A DNA stretch of 64,000 bases, taken from contig NC_058369.1 of NCBI RefSeq assembly GCF_018350175.1, forward strand, positions 21,516,001 to 21,580,000, in the 5' to 3' direction. The first letter of the stretch is position 1. Every line of letters starts with the position of its first letter. This DNA comes from Felis catus (Eukaryota). The notes below the pieces were generated by a model. It was given only the letters and a program-made list of their open reading frames with translations, searched no databases and was not told the DNA's origin. Made by a program: the position numbers and the translations under genes. Of this stretch, positions 50,488-64,000 are shown piece after piece.

Positions 50488-53400
50488 TTTGCTTTAACAA
50501 ACCTCTTAGTAGAAGAATGAAGATACTATTTCAAGGATGATTCCCAACCTCTCAGTACTTGGAATACTCTCATTTTGCTTACCAAATACCCTTCTAACTC
50601 TTCCTAGCAAAGTTATACAGTAACTTTGCTTTAATTAGCATACATTTCTTTATTATTTGATGGAATGAAAGGAAAGGGAGTTTAAAGAACAGTCAAAAGG
50701 CTAAAAAAGAATTAGTGTGATAAACAGCCACCATCAAAAACCTTAGAATCAGCAGGAAAGCACATAAACAAAGCTTCCACCCCCAAGGGAGTGAAGAGGC
50801 TTCTTCCTTACCCCCAGAGGCCTGGAGAAGAGTGGGTGGCAGGCAAGCTATAGTGACTAATGTCTCCAGATCCCTGGGAGGCTGCCTTTCGTCCGATCAT
50901 TCACTCAACTTTAACCTCTACTCTTCTCAAAGCCTTCAACCAAGGGTGTGATGTTGAGGCAGGAAGCTTTGGGGTTCCGCTGCTTTGTTTTGTTCTACTA
51001 ATATTAAGCACACAGGTATTTTTTTGAAAGCTTTATGTCAGACTTTAAAGACTCCTGGACTATAATCACATGCGCTGTACAATTAATTCATTAGGATGTT
51101 TTAAGACATTTAAGGCCCTAAAAGCAGATTATTGGTTGTAACTGCCAAGGACCTTTGGATAGGCTACTACCCCTCAAAATCACTGTAAGCACCAAAACAG
51201 CACAATCAGTGGGAACGTCTCCCCACTCCTGGGCAAGGCTGCTGCCCGCCTGGGGCATCCCTGGGAAACTGTGTGGCGACTGTCTACTGCAAATTCGGGC
51301 CATCAGGTCACGCTCCACAAACCACAAAGAAGCATGATCAACATTTAATAACAATGATAGAAGGAACAAGGATAAGGATTTAGAAAAGGCATAAGTTATT
51401 TAGAAAACAAAACAACTCTTCAGTAGCTTTTAAGATAAGTGCTTCGAGGAAAGGAGTAAACCTCTGGTTACTACTAGAGATAAACTGGAACACGTTACAT
51501 GTGTAAAATAATACAGTGCAAAAAAGCTATGTAGACATAAGGGGGAAAAAAAGCCTAAATTATGCATATTAGGAAACTAATTAAACTCATACATAAGATG
51601 TAAAACCAAAACCCCCACCAGGCAGAACAACAGTCTACCTGTTACGCTAGAGATCAGCAGGGTGCTTGTAGCCTGTGATTTGTTCAGCATTAGAACTGAG
51701 TTGCAGCTTGTTACTTGCTTTTGTAGAGTTCAATACCCACATCTATTAATCTATTAGGTAAACTTCCTCTGAGAACTAGAAGTGCTTATGTTAAATACAC
51801 AGAAACTTTTGCTTAAGTCTCTGCCCCTTTTAAACAAGAAATGATGCTTCCCCTTCCCCTTTTCTATTCTTTCTCTAAAAACAGTATTTTTCCTACCATT
51901 AAATTATTATTTAAGTAAACTTAAATACAGTACTACAAAGACTAACAGTTTTCCAAGATTAGCACTTACCAATTCCACTTTCTAGTGTGTAGTACATAAA
52001 TATCTGTGTAATTTTCAATTCTTACTAATACTGACTATGCTACACTAAGTTTCATATTGTATAGGAAAAAATAGGTTTTATAAAATATAAAACTTCTTTC
52101 GGCCTTAGATAAAACTATAACTGAAACAGAGACAGATGCCTGAAGTCATCAAAGCAAGCTGAAAAGAATTCAAACCTTTGTTATTTGCAAACTAACACAG
52201 GATGGGCTTGAGGCAAGTAAATGGCTATTGATATCTATTTCAGAGGGGCAAATATTCCAGCACCATATATGAAAACTGTTCTGATTTATATTCCACAGTG
52301 CGGAATGGAGTGGGCGGGTGGGTGGGGGAGGCAGAACAAGGTTATTGTTTTAATTGTTGTATTTAAACTGTTGAGAAAATAAATGAGCTAGTTGCTTAAA
52401 ACACCCAGGAAAAACATCATCATCACAACTCAAAAGCACACACTCAAAATCATTAATGTGTTTTCTTCAATATTTTCTTACAAGACGTGAGATTACAAAT
52501 GCGGTACTATTCTCTATTAAAGTATAAAGTATAAAAGAAAACTCAATTCACTTGTCTAAACTCACATTAAATCCACCCAAAATGATAAGCTGAAGATGAC
52601 TACAAGCTCAGCCACATCAGGTTTGCAACTTCACGGCCTCCAGCCAGACGATGAGACAGGACACTCAGTCAATCCTTGCTGACTAGGAAACCCAAAGCTT
52701 GAGGAGGCTTAATGTCAAATCTAACTATCAAAAAGTCATAAGCTTACTTCAAATTCCTCTCAAAACAATGTTTTAAGAAAAAAAAAATACCAATAAGCCA
52801 TTCAAACAGCACAGTACTACTCTTACCCGAATCTTAAACAAAATGTCAAATCCAGACTGCCAGTTAGACTTCAAAAAGCCACCTTAATGAACAAGTCTTG
52901 TCAAGACAGTTTTCCCAACTGTAACAAACACTATGGATTTTTGGCCTTAAACAGAGACATCTGTAAAGCAAATGATTAAAACGACCAAAACAGACATGAC
53001 TGCCCCAGGGCTGCCCGGCCAACTTTGCAATTTCAGAGGGATACTGATGGGGGGGGGGGGGGGGTAAGGCTGAAGAGGAAATTTTTTCTACTTTACTCAA
53101 TTGACGAGTGATTAAGTTAATATGTAAACATTTTCCTTTTGCTCATTCCTCCCCTGAATAATTAGGTACTTTATGCTCATATCACTCTCTCCTTTTCAGA
53201 CATTTGCTTCGTGCCATCAGAAACTATACAACACACTGCACGTGGACATGAACTCAACTGCCTGGGAGATGTTTAAAAAACCTTTGTTTCACTAACCACA
53301 GAGATTGGTGAATCTAAAAGCTGGAAGAAACTTTAATAGGTAGCACCTAGTCCAATGGTCCTCATAGTCTTGTGGTTACCTATCCACCATTCTCATGCCC

Positions 53401-53872
53401 CAACATTTCCACAAATAACTCCTCTCCATTAACCTAGGGTGCTTCTCTAGCATGTTCCTTGAGGAGGAACCTATCTACACATCCTTGAGTGGAAGAAGTT
53501 ATCTATTCTATGTCAAACACCACCAATCACACAGTAACAAAAAACTCCCATAAGTGCCTTCTGGGACAATCTATACCACTTCTGAGTTGCTTCACCACAA
53601 AGTTTTTCCATTCAACTGCCCCAAGTCCCAAAGGCTTCCTTCTACCCATAGGTATTTCCCACGCACAATGAGTCTGTACCTTTGCTCACACAAAAGCCCT
53701 TCACACAGCTGAGAGAACTAACAGTTATTCCAAAGACAGGTCCTAAGTTCCCTCACCATCCTGGACTTCCTCTGAAATACATTTCAGTTTATCTGTATTC
53801 CAACAGGACACAAAAGAATAAATTAAAGCCTTAAAATGATTATGATCTCATTTTATTTCTTAAAGAATTCTC

Positions 53873-55640
53873 TTTTTTAATGTTTATTTATTTTTGAGAG
53901 AGAGGGAGGGAAGGAGAGAGACAGAGAATCTGAAGCAGGCTCCCCACTGTTAGTGCAGAACCCAACGCAGGACTCAAACTCACAAACGGTGAGATTGTGA
54001 CCTGAACTAAAGTTGGCCGCTTAACCAACTGAGCCACCAGGCTATGATTTCACTTTAAATAACCTACTACTTACGTGACCAGGCAAAATATTTCAAAGCT
54101 AAGTTTGCTCAGTTTATTAGACTTTGATCCTGAGATCATGGTAATCAGGCTTAATGGAACAAAGGACGGTTCCTTTCTCAATGTGTTCCTTTAAAGTCAA
54201 CCAATCACAGAACTAAATAGATTTTTTTTTTCCAAAAAAAGATATATAATAGCCAATAGGTACATGAAATGGTGCTCAATATCATGAATCTTCAGGGAAA
54301 TGAAAATCAAAACCAAAATGAGATATCACCCCATACATGTTAGAACAGCTATTATCAAAAAGACAGAAAGTATTGATGAGAATGTGGAGAAAAGGGAACC
54401 CTCATGCACTGTTGGTGGGAATCTAAACTGGTGCTGCCACTATGTAAAACAGTATGGAGGTTCCTCAGAAAATTAAAAATAACACTACCATATGAGCCAG
54501 CAATTCCATTTCTAAGTATCTGAAAGAAACAAAATCACTACCTGAAAAGATATCTGCACCACCAAGTTCACTGCGGCATTATTTACAATAGCCAAGACAT
54601 GGAAGCAACCTATGCAACCAACAATAGATTAATGAATAAAGAAAATATACTGTACTTACACAACAGAACACTCTTCAGCCATAAAAAAAGAAGGAAATCC
54701 TGCCATTTGCAACAACATGGATGGACCTCGAGAGCACTATGCTAAATGAAGTAAGTCTGAAAAAGACAAATGCTGTATGATCTCACTTATATGTGGAATC
54801 TAAAAAACCAAATGGGGCGCCTAAGTGGCTCAGCTGGTTAAGTGTGCAACTTTGGCTCAGGTCATGATCTCACGGTTCGTGGGTTCAAACCCCACGTCGG
54901 GCTCTGTGCTGACAGCTCAGAGCCTATAGAGCCTGCTTCAGATTCTGTGTCTCCCTCTCTCTGTGTCCCTCCCCTGCTTACACACTCTCTCTCTCAAAAA
55001 TAAACATTAAAAAAGTGTTTTGAAAGATGTAAAAATAAAATAAAATAAAATCTAAATAAAAAACCAAACTCATAGATTCAGAGGATAGACTGGTGGTTGC
55101 CAGAGATGAGGGAGGCAGGGTGTGAATGGGTAAACATGCTCAAAAGGTACAAACGCTCAGTTAATGGGCAAATAAGTCCTGGGGATGTAACATACAGCAT
55201 GGTGGCTATAGTTAACAATATCGCATCGTATATTTGAAGGCTGTTAAGAAAGTAGATCTTAAAAGTTACTGTCGTAAGAAAAAAAATGTGAGGTGACTGA
55301 TGTTAACTAAACTTATTGTGGTCCTAATTTTGCAATATATACATATACCAAATCACTATATTGTACTCCTTGGACTAATACAATGTTATATGACAACTGT
55401 ATCTCAATAAAACTGGATGGGGTGCCTGGGTGGCTCAGTCGGTTGAGCATCCGACTTTGGCTCAGGTCATGATCATGATCATGGCTCGTGAGTTCGAGCC
55501 CCATGTCGGGCTCTGTGCTGACAGCTCGGAGCCTGGAGTCTGCTTCGGATTCTGTGTCCCTCTCTCACTGTGACGCTACCTCGTTCATGCTCTGTCTCTC
55601 TCTCAAGAATAAATAAAACATTAAAAAAAATTTTTTTTAA
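53873..55640. mobile_element. Minus SINE (about 53873-54042), plus L1 3' end (about 54215-55410) containing a SINE (about 54814-55015), plus SINE (about 55419-55635)
   Basis: L1 motifs gagaaaagggaaccctcatgcactgttggtggga and gccatttgcaacaacatggatggacct; SINE heads. Confidence 0.85.
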
Positions 55641-56724
55641 TTGGAGAAAAAAGGAATGTTGATGTTGATACCCACGGTTACTCTTAAAGTCAGGGACTTG
55701 GTTATTTTCTCTCTCTAGCCCAGTTCCAAATAGATACTCAATATATGTGTGCAAGAAAGAAAAAAAGGAATAAGAACGAACTCTCAAGCTAAAAACTAGG
55801 TGTGAGAAAGTAAAATTTATAATGCAGGTCAAGATAATGCAGAATGATAAACAGGTACAAGCAAATAGGCTGGTGGCCTGTGTAGAGACTTAGAAGAAAT
55901 ACTGAGGAAATTAAGTTTCAAGAATGAAATCTAGCCACTGGTATTCAGGAGTTCAAGGCACCAACTTAATCATTATATAACTAGGGGAAATGGCAAGGAT
56001 CCGGTTATTGGAAACCGTACTCAACAGTAAGGCTGCAGTAGTGAGTTATTGCCACACTTAAGCAATTCATTTATGTATCTCCTTTGGGGTGAAGATTAGT
56101 CCCAGAGTCTGGGTAGAAGCTAGCTCTCTTGGCAGGATCTCAGTTGGCATCCTGAGGTTGTAACTGTAGAAGCGGAGAGCTAAATGGAAATGACAAAGGC
56201 CACAGAAGGAAAAAAAAAAAAAGCCCATTCTCAAGATCTAAGGTGGTTACAGCTCGGTTTGTGATTTTTAAATTTTCAGATTCCCAAGTCTGAACACTGC
56301 CTTTCAAAAAAAAAAAAAAAAGAAAAAATGCCAATCATTTTGCAAAACCAGGGTACCTTTCAGGAGAAACTAACAGAAATCATAGGTATATCTGAATACC
56401 CTACAACGTGAAGGGGAAAAGAACTAAACACACATTCCAGAATTCAGTTCTCCCCCTTAAAAATGACCACAGCACCTTTGGACCCTTCTAGAGGGGCCCA
56501 CTTGCACCTGAGGCCCACTCCTGCCTCAGTCTCTATGGTGCCATGCCTAGCCGCTCTAAGCGCTCAGTCTGTGGTCTACTCAGTGAAATTAATGGGGATA
56601 GTTCTGCCACCTATTAGGTGGGATTCCAGTCTCAACTCTCAATACTTCTTCTTATAGTCATCCTTTAACTTAAAAAGTGCCAAGAAACTAAAATAATTAT
56701 TGAAAAGCATCTCAGCTCTGAAAA

Positions 56725-56814
56725 TTAAGCCCCACCCAACGTGGGATTCGAAGTCATGACCCCAAGATCAAGAGTTACATGTTCTTCCAACTGAGTTAGC
56801 TAGCCGGGCACCCC
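56725..56814 (-). mobile_element. Short tRNA-like Can-SINE head
   Basis: Reverse reads ggggtgcccggctagctaactcagttggaag...cttgatcttggggtcatgacttcgaatcccacgttggg. Confidence 0.7.
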
Positions 56815-58109
56815 ATTTTGGCAGTATTTTTTATTTGTGGCAAATCTGTTACATCTGATACATTACATAACATATTAAAGTCCACTTCAATACAAATTAC
56901 TTTGAAACCTGGATTATTGTATATGTGACACAGACTATCTGTTCCGCTGCACTGCTTTAATACCTGCTACATTCACAGCAGCTCCTTACCAAACACGTGA
57001 TAACTTTAGGTGCTGGCACTAAACTTCTACACCTTCAAGGGCTAACTAGTACACAAACCTTCTCCACTCTTGCCCCCCTCCATTCACTGAGCTCTGCCCC
57101 TTTTATCCGAAGTACAGTGTATCTACTTACAGCATGCTACAAAGTTATTGTGACATTAGATTAGTGTTTAAAACAGATACACTGACAGCCAAAGAAGAAA
57201 AACATCATCCCATTTGGGAAGAATTGTGAAAATGGAGTTAATGGCTAAGATACAAAAAGTGAAAAAAGTAATAATAGTAAAAGTACATTTACATGTACGA
57301 ATTTACATCAATTTTGTAACTTTTCTTATTTATAGTTAAGATCAAGGAAAGAACAGAAAACCATTTCATAACAATAAAGCAGCATAAGAGACAGCAACAT
57401 CATAAATCAAGCCTGTAAAAAAAAAAAAAAGAAGCAAGCAATTACTATATGCTCATTACAAAATACTATGCTGGAAAAAAAATTGGTCGAGATTGTAATT
57501 TGCTCTTATAAAGCAATAATTCACCATACACACAGTCTTTGCCTACAAATGAAGAAGCCAAGAAGGATACTCTTATACAGAGTTTCCAACAGAAGGGTCT
57601 GTTCATAAGACATTTATGCAGAGAGAAGAGAAAAACCTTCAACTTGCTTATCAGTTGCAACTGTTTGTCTACCAATTCAACTGGGTAGTGGTGCATTAGA
57701 AAAAATACCTACCACAAACGACTTGCTAAGAGTCACTGCATTTTGTAATTAAAGAGATCATACACAACTATACCACTGGGTAACAGAATAGAAGAGAAGG
57801 AGATGTTTCTTTTAACAAAAGTAATCCAACTAATAACTGATGAGGGAATCACAGAATCTCTAATAAAATCAATTAATGGATCTAAGTGTTGACCATCAGT
57901 AACAGCTCACATCAATCACAAAACAAAAGACAACCTGAAACATTATGTATCCCCTGATGGAAGAATACAACACCAACTATGAAAAAGTCTTGGGGGCAGG
58001 GGGGAGAAAATCAAACCAGAATTGGATGGATGGCGCTTCTAGATCCAAGAGAGAGGTCAGAGGAACAGGACAGACATCACCATTTACTTCAACTTTACCA
58101 TTTACCTCA

Positions 58110-59600
58110 ACTTTTACTTCACACCATACATAAAAACTCAAAATGAATCATAAACCTAAATGTAAGAGCTAAAATTACAAAAGAAAAAAAAAAGAGAGCT
58201 AAAATTATAAAACACCTAAAAAAATAGGAGAAAATCTTTTTGACCTGGATTGGTGAAGATTTTTTGTTTTTTATTTTTAAAGAGAATTTTATTTTAAGTA
58301 AGCTCCACACCCAATGTGGGGCTTGAACTCAACGACCCCAAGATCCAGAGGAGTATGCTCTACTGATTGAGTCAGCCAGGTGCCCCCAAAGATTTTTTTT
58401 AGATATGACCTCCAAAAGGCAGAAATAATAAAGAAAATGTAACAAACTGGGATTACATCAAAGTTTAAAACCTTTTGCTATTCAAAGATTTCATTAAGAA
58501 AAAGAAAAGATATGGGGCACCTGGGTGGTTCAGTTGATTGGGCACCTGCCTCTTGATTTCAGCTCAAGTCATGATCTCACTCACGGTTCATTGCATTTGA
58601 GCCCCGAGTCAGACTCCTTACTGGCAGTGGAGCCTGCTTGGGATTCTCTCGCCTCACTCTCCCCCTCTCTGCCTCTCCCCCACTCACTCTCTCTCAAAAT
58701 GAATAAAGTTAAAAAATAATAATAATAGAATAAAATATTAACCATTAAAAAAGTCACAAACTGGGTGGAAAATTTGCAAAACATTTATCTGCCAATAAAT
58801 GATTTGTATATAAAAGCTCTCTTACAACTCAATAAACAATCCATTTTTTTTAAACAGGCAAAAAACGTGAATAGAGACTTTAACAAAGAAGATGTATGAA
58901 TGGCAAAGAAACATAGGAAAAGACACTTCGTTAGTCATCAAGAAAAATTAAAACCTCAACGAAATATTATTACATACCAACGAAAATGGCTAAAATGAAT
59001 GACTAGCAATACCAAGAGTTAACAAGGATGTAAAGAGACTGCAGTTCTCACACAATGCTGGTGCCTTGAGCTCACAGTTCGTGAGTTCAAGCCCCACATC
59101 GGGCTCCACGCTGACAGTGCGTGGAGCCTGCTTCTGATTCTCTTTCTCCCTCTCTCTCTGCTCCTTCCCTGCTGGCACTTGCTCTCTCAAAATAAATAAA
59201 ACTTAAAAAACAAAACAAAACCATATCCATAAAAAACATTTACACAAGTGCTCACTGCTATGAACTGGAAACAGCCCAAATGGCCACCTATTAGTGAAGA
59301 CATACACAACAGAATAATCCTCAGCAATAAAATGAACTACTGATACTTGCAGTAACAGGGATAAATTTCAAAAACATCATACTAAATGAAATATGCCAGA
59401 CATAAAAGACTACATACTGTATGATTCTATTTATATGAAATCTGTACAAAAAGCAAAACTGTAGAGAAAAATGCCATCAGTGGTTGCCTGAGGCCAGGGC
59501 ATAAGCAGGGGTTATTGGTAATGGTCAGAAGATCATTTTGGGAGGTGATGGAACTATTCTAAAACTAAATTATGGTGATAGTTGTCTGATTTTATCAATT
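58110..59600 (+). mobile_element. Old L1 3' fragments with SINEs (short minus about 58280-58387, plus about 58514-58720, 5'-truncated plus about 59066-59210)
   Basis: acaccatacataaaaactcaaaatgaatcataaacctaaatgtaagag and tactgtatgattctatttatatgaaa motifs. Confidence 0.7.
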
Positions 59601-61544
59601 TATTACACTCAATTTAATTAATAATATCAACATGGGGAAAGGGGTTCTATAACACCCAAACAGGTGCGTGTATATATGTACGTGTATGTGTATGTACGTA
59701 TGTATGTAAGTATGTATTTATCAACATTCCAGAAACCTCAATTTTTCCAAATCCTCTGGTCATCCTGAGCAGAGAATCTCTCACTTTCAAACATTTTGAA
59801 TCCAATAGAAAGTGGCTGGCAGCTCACATTCCCTATGCTCTCACCAATGAGTCGCTCTTCATTTCTAACACAGAAACCACACTACTGTTCTAGCTAAGGA
59901 AGGAAATGAGTGGAGAAAAGAAGATCATCACCTGTTTTAAGCTTTGTTTTCTGTGTCACTGTCCAGTTTATTCTTTGAAAGTTGCAAATATTAATTGCAC
60001 TGTATACTGTGTTATTTCTGAATTATAACAAAGGCAAGAAAATTATTATTTCAAATTAACTCCACATTCAGTAGTTAGGAAGTATTCTCTCCTGTTTAAT
60101 TGCATACAGTAAGTGCTCATTTAAGTGAAATGCCCTGCACAGAATAAGTGGGGCAAAAACCGATGCCTGTCCTGAGGGCCCTAAACCCCACAGTCCAAGA
60201 CCACTGCCTGCGACCCAAAGCCCTATAGCCATGGGGCTGATGAGCCCACAACTCTGCACCTAGTCAGCACCAGCTTGCTAAGCCTGGAGCAAAAATTCTC
60301 GAAACAGCCTCCTCTTTTCCCCAAGATGCAGGTTATTAAGTACAAAAACAACAAGAAAATAAAATAAGTCAAGTTTAATTTAATCAGGATTATTATTTAC
60401 ACGTAGATTTCCAGTAGCTGGTTGTTTGTGTGTTTTGAGTCTTTGCCCAAAATATTTTACAAAAATATATTACATTTTCATTCCAAAAACAGAGCTATTC
60501 TTTTTATATCTTAGTTTCAAAAGAGAAAAACCTCTATAGGTTCTGCATAACAGCCAATACCACAAATCAAATTGCAATCTTCATACAGAAAAGAACTTAA
60601 AATAGTGACAATACCAACTGGATATTAATACTATTAAAAAGATTAACTGATTTTTACATGTGATAAAGGATGTTATAGTTTTAAAAAATCATAAGTTTAG
60701 AGATAAATACTGAGTTACTTACAAAGTAATGTAATACTCAAGATTTGCTGCAAAATGATGCAGTGAAGGAGGCAAAACTGTGTGTACCTGTCAGAGAGGA
60801 AAGTATAGATAAAATGAGCCAGCCACATGTTGCTAACTGTGGAAACCCAGTAATGGGATTTTCTGATTCTGTGTATTGAATATTGCCATAATAAAAAGTA
60901 AACCATGAAGTAAAATTATACTGATAAATCAGCCTTCTCAGAAGTTACAACAAAGAAGCAGCAGCACGACCATTAATTGTTTTAAACACAGAAATAAAAA
61001 GGATGCACAGTAAGTGACATTGTGATACTCACGGTGCTATTACTCTACTGGAGAGACTGCTGCATTTTGAGGAGTGAGATGGGTGGTTCCCAAGACTAAC
61101 ATCCAAGATTACACTGTATTCCATCCAAAACACAGTTTGTATCTTAGAGGTCTTTCTGGAAAATCAATGCTATTTAACAAGTATGTATTGACTAAAAGAT
61201 CATCACTGTTACCTGGCTATTTCCAATTTCTGACAATTCTTTCATTCAAACATGTATTCTTTCAACAATGAATTTGTTGAAGCTAGAAAAGTAAGAGGAA
61301 AAAAAACTGGTCTATCATTGGAAACTCATCTTCTGAAGTTATAAATATGGGATTTTAACTAAAAAAGAAGCAACTGCTAGGTCACATTTAGTTAATGGAA
61401 CAGAAATTTATGGTTCCTCCTGTTTTATGTTCTCACAGCATGGACATTTTCCTTCATAGTACTCAGGGGCATTTCTTTCTACTTCTTTTTAATGAATTGC
61501 TTTTAATGACTTAGGTAGTTTTATCCTGATTTTCACTTTTTTAA

Positions 61545-61562
61545 CTCTTTATGTTTATTTTT

Positions 61563-61595
<33 letters not shown>

Positions 61596-63580
61596 TGAGC
61601 GCATGCACGCATAGGGGAAGGGCAGAGAGAGAGGGAGACAGAGGATCTGAATCAGGTTCTGTGAGATCATGACCTGAGCCTGAGTTGGAGGTTTAAATGA
61701 CCGAGCCACCAAGGCGCCCTCTGATTTTCATTTTTACTTATGGTAGGTAGTCAAGTGGCAAATTCCTGAGATTTTGAGACAAACTTCTTTATCTCTCACG
61801 TACACGGATCTCAAGCCACTCAAGCCTTGAGTAGCATAATCATTCACTTGTACCACCTTGAACCTCCAACTCGACCTCAGCCACTACACGCATCTGCTAA
61901 GCTGAAGTGATCCATCCCTGATATTAAAATGGGTCAAAGGGAGGGACAAAAGGGGTCGCAACTGTCTCAGTTTCTTGACAACAAGGTACTCACAGTGCAA
62001 AAGCATTCATCTTTTGCTGAGGCAAAAGGACAGTTAAGTCAGATGTGCTGTGACTTAACAAAATGCAGTATTAGTACAGAGTAATACCTTTTTTCAGTGC
62101 AAATACAGATTTTTTGTGTGTGTTTCTGTTTTTAAATTCTTTGGAGTGGGGTTAAAAGTAGTCAGATCACTTTCCTTATCAAATAGAAAAAAAAACATAC
62201 TGAATATGGTCCCTATACTTTGAGGGCTTGGACATCAGTTGAGAAAAACCTAAAAGCACAAAAGAGGGCAAATGAGGACTACTAAATGTTCAGGAGAGAC
62301 TGTACATACGACGGGAGTAAAGTACAAGGGAGGCTGTGGTTTAAAAGCCAGGTCCAGGATGAGAATGTAATTTTGAAAAACAGGGAAGATGGACACCATT
62401 CCAGGCAAAGGGTAAGAGCAAAGGCACAGAGATGGGAAGTGCAATGTGTGTCTCACACACAGCAACTTGACCAGTTTGGTTTGGGTTGAGGACTTCAAGA
62501 CAAGAAAGAGGGTAAGACTGGAAAGTTAGGTTGGACTCCAATCTGAAGGAAATGCGGGCACACTCAAGGTTTGTGAACAGGGCTAAATGACCTGAAAGTA
62601 AGTGGTAGCATGCACCCAGAGAGACAGGCAGTGATGCTCAGGACAGAGAGGAAGAGCCTGGAAGCTGGTTCAGGGGGTGCTTCCTTAGTAATTCTAAAAA
62701 GGCCAGAAATATGAGAAAAGGAAGTGACAAGAAAAAAATACCTCATTTTTTTTAATGTTTATTTATTTTTGAGAGAAAGAGACAGAGTATGAGCAAGGGT
62801 GGGGCAGAGAGAGGGAGACACAGAATCTGAAGAAGGCTCCAGGATCTGAGCTGTCAGCACACAGCCCAATGCAGGGCTCGAACTAACCAACTAACAGCAA
62901 GACCATGACCTGAGCTGAAGTCGGATGCTTACCCGACTGAGCCACCAGAAATACTTCATTTTCATAACACATCTACAATTCACAAAGGACTTTTGCTTAA
63001 ATGATCTCATTTTACCCTCAGAACAATTTGTAGTGGAGCTTGTGTCATTTCACATATAAGAATCACTGCTCGGGGCATTTCCTTTGGTGACTGTTTGTCA
63101 CTCCATGTTTCTGTGACTACTTATCTCTTAGCCACTGGACTGTAAGCTCGATGAGGGTACTGCAGGGACCGTGTAGATTTCTGTTTGCCCCGGTATGCCC
63201 GTAACCTTGCAAAGGGCCCCACTCGGTGCCTGCCTCCAGTAGATCTTCATTACATATGTGATAGATGAGGCAGCAAGTGAAGAGCATATTTCTTTTTCTA
63301 CTCTTGTTCCAACGGCATGAAAATGCTTTTTCAACCAAAAATGTTTTTTTATTTTGTTCTGCTTTTTTTTTTTTTTAATGTTTTATTTATTTTTGAGAGA
63401 GAGGGAGAGAGGGAGCATGAGAGGCAGAGGGGCAGAGAGAGAAGGAGACACAGAATCCAAAGCAGGCTCCAGGCTCTGAGCTGACAGCACAGAGCCCGAC
63501 GTGGGGCTCAAACTCACAAACCGTGAGTTCATGATCGGAGCCGAAGTCGATGCTTAACTGACTGAGCCACCCAGGTGCCC
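61545..63580 (-). mobile_element. Three dispersed minus Can-SINEs (about 61545-61720 internally deleted, 62746-62946, 63363-63580)
   Basis: Reverse SINE bodies with T tails. The last is flanked by tgttctgcttt. Confidence 0.85.
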
Positions 63581-64000
63581 CTGTTCTGCTTTGTTTTAAA
63601 TGACTGTTCTGACAATAAAAAGGCTTTGACAATTACAATACTTTTTCCCTCAAGTACCTCTTACGATACCTCTTTTTCCCTTCAGAAGGGAAAAGAAAAA
63701 ACTGCACAAAAGTAAAGCAGGTTCTCCCACCTTCACAGAAGTTACCAGAAGGTCACTCTGAGTGATATATTACTAAGAATACAAAAAAGGTTAACATTTG
63801 GTATTTTTTCAAAAATTTTTATTTTCTTGCAGAATGGACTGGATACTAAGAAAAATAACTATGTGCATGAGCACTGACAGAGCTGAGGTGAGAAACCCTG
63901 GCCTAGAACACTTGTGGCAGAAAGCAAGAAAATGCTCCAGAGAATAATGGAAAGTGTGCTTGAGAGGGCTCCCACCGGCCAAATCTGGGATAATTTACAC

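Larger units (their letters stand above)
1..64000 (-). other. SFMBT1: SFMBT1 gene body, partial (upstream intron through intron 8; both ends outside the window)
   Basis: Seven phase-compatible GT-AG exons splice to MNGEQQLDADAGSGVEEVELSWEDYLEETG...ISPATVVK, matching my recollection of the mammalian SFMBT1 N-terminus. Extending the gene to the right edge is inferred from the absence of a promoter or first exon. Confidence 0.93.

Noticed and set aside
56725..56814. tRNA gene (also 22889-23005 and 58280-58387)
   Set aside because: A/B-box-like heads match the Can-SINE head and I could not build a convincing acceptor stem. tRNAscan-SE would settle it.
4082..63632. Dozens of similar short ORFs (MAQSVKR..., MISQFVSSSP..., MGQRETEHE...)
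   Set aside because: All are translations of Can-SINE sequence, not a gene family.
1..64000. A novel multi-gene system, CRISPR array or prokaryote-style locus
   Set aside because: The window is explained by one spliced mammalian gene and interspersed repeats. The recurring ~200-bp units are dispersed SINEs with TSDs, not regularly spaced repeat-spacer arrays.
33716..64000. SFMBT1 exon 1 or promoter; an intronic miRNA cluster like that of rodent Sfmbt2
   Set aside because: No CpG island outside young SINEs and no tandem hairpin array seen. Small non-coding exons cannot be excluded by eye.

Overview
Mammalian genomic DNA from a felid, judged by about 50 tRNA-derived Can-SINE (SINEC_Fc-type) copies and carnivore L1s. 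The whole window lies inside one minus-strand gene, SFMBT1 (Scm-like with four MBT domains 1, a Polycomb-group chromatin reader). Seven exons can be read directly with GT-AG boundaries: 33561-33715 (5'UTR plus ATG at 33588), 23422-23516, 11963-12203, 3797-3885, 1438-1684, 682-776 and 65-166. They splice into an open 897-nt frame (299 aa: MBT1, MBT2 and the start of MBT3) that runs off the left edge. 33716-64000 is the large upstream intron; no first exon or CpG-island promoter is visible. Exon numbers assume one non-coding first exon outside the window. The rest is intronic repeat: SINEs, young and old L1s, L2, MIR, a MaLR LTR and hAT MITEs. I see no new gene system. The best observations are (i) a MaLR LTR hit by a 5'-inverted L1 and, within about 10 bp, by a tail-less internal L1 ORF2 fragment flanked by a 20-bp duplication, (ii) two uORFs in the start-codon exon, (iii) exact 336-nt two-exon MBT modules and (iv) inverted SINE pairs around exons 2-4. 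Repeat family names come from my recall of consensus sequences, not from a database search, and old-repeat boundaries are approximate.
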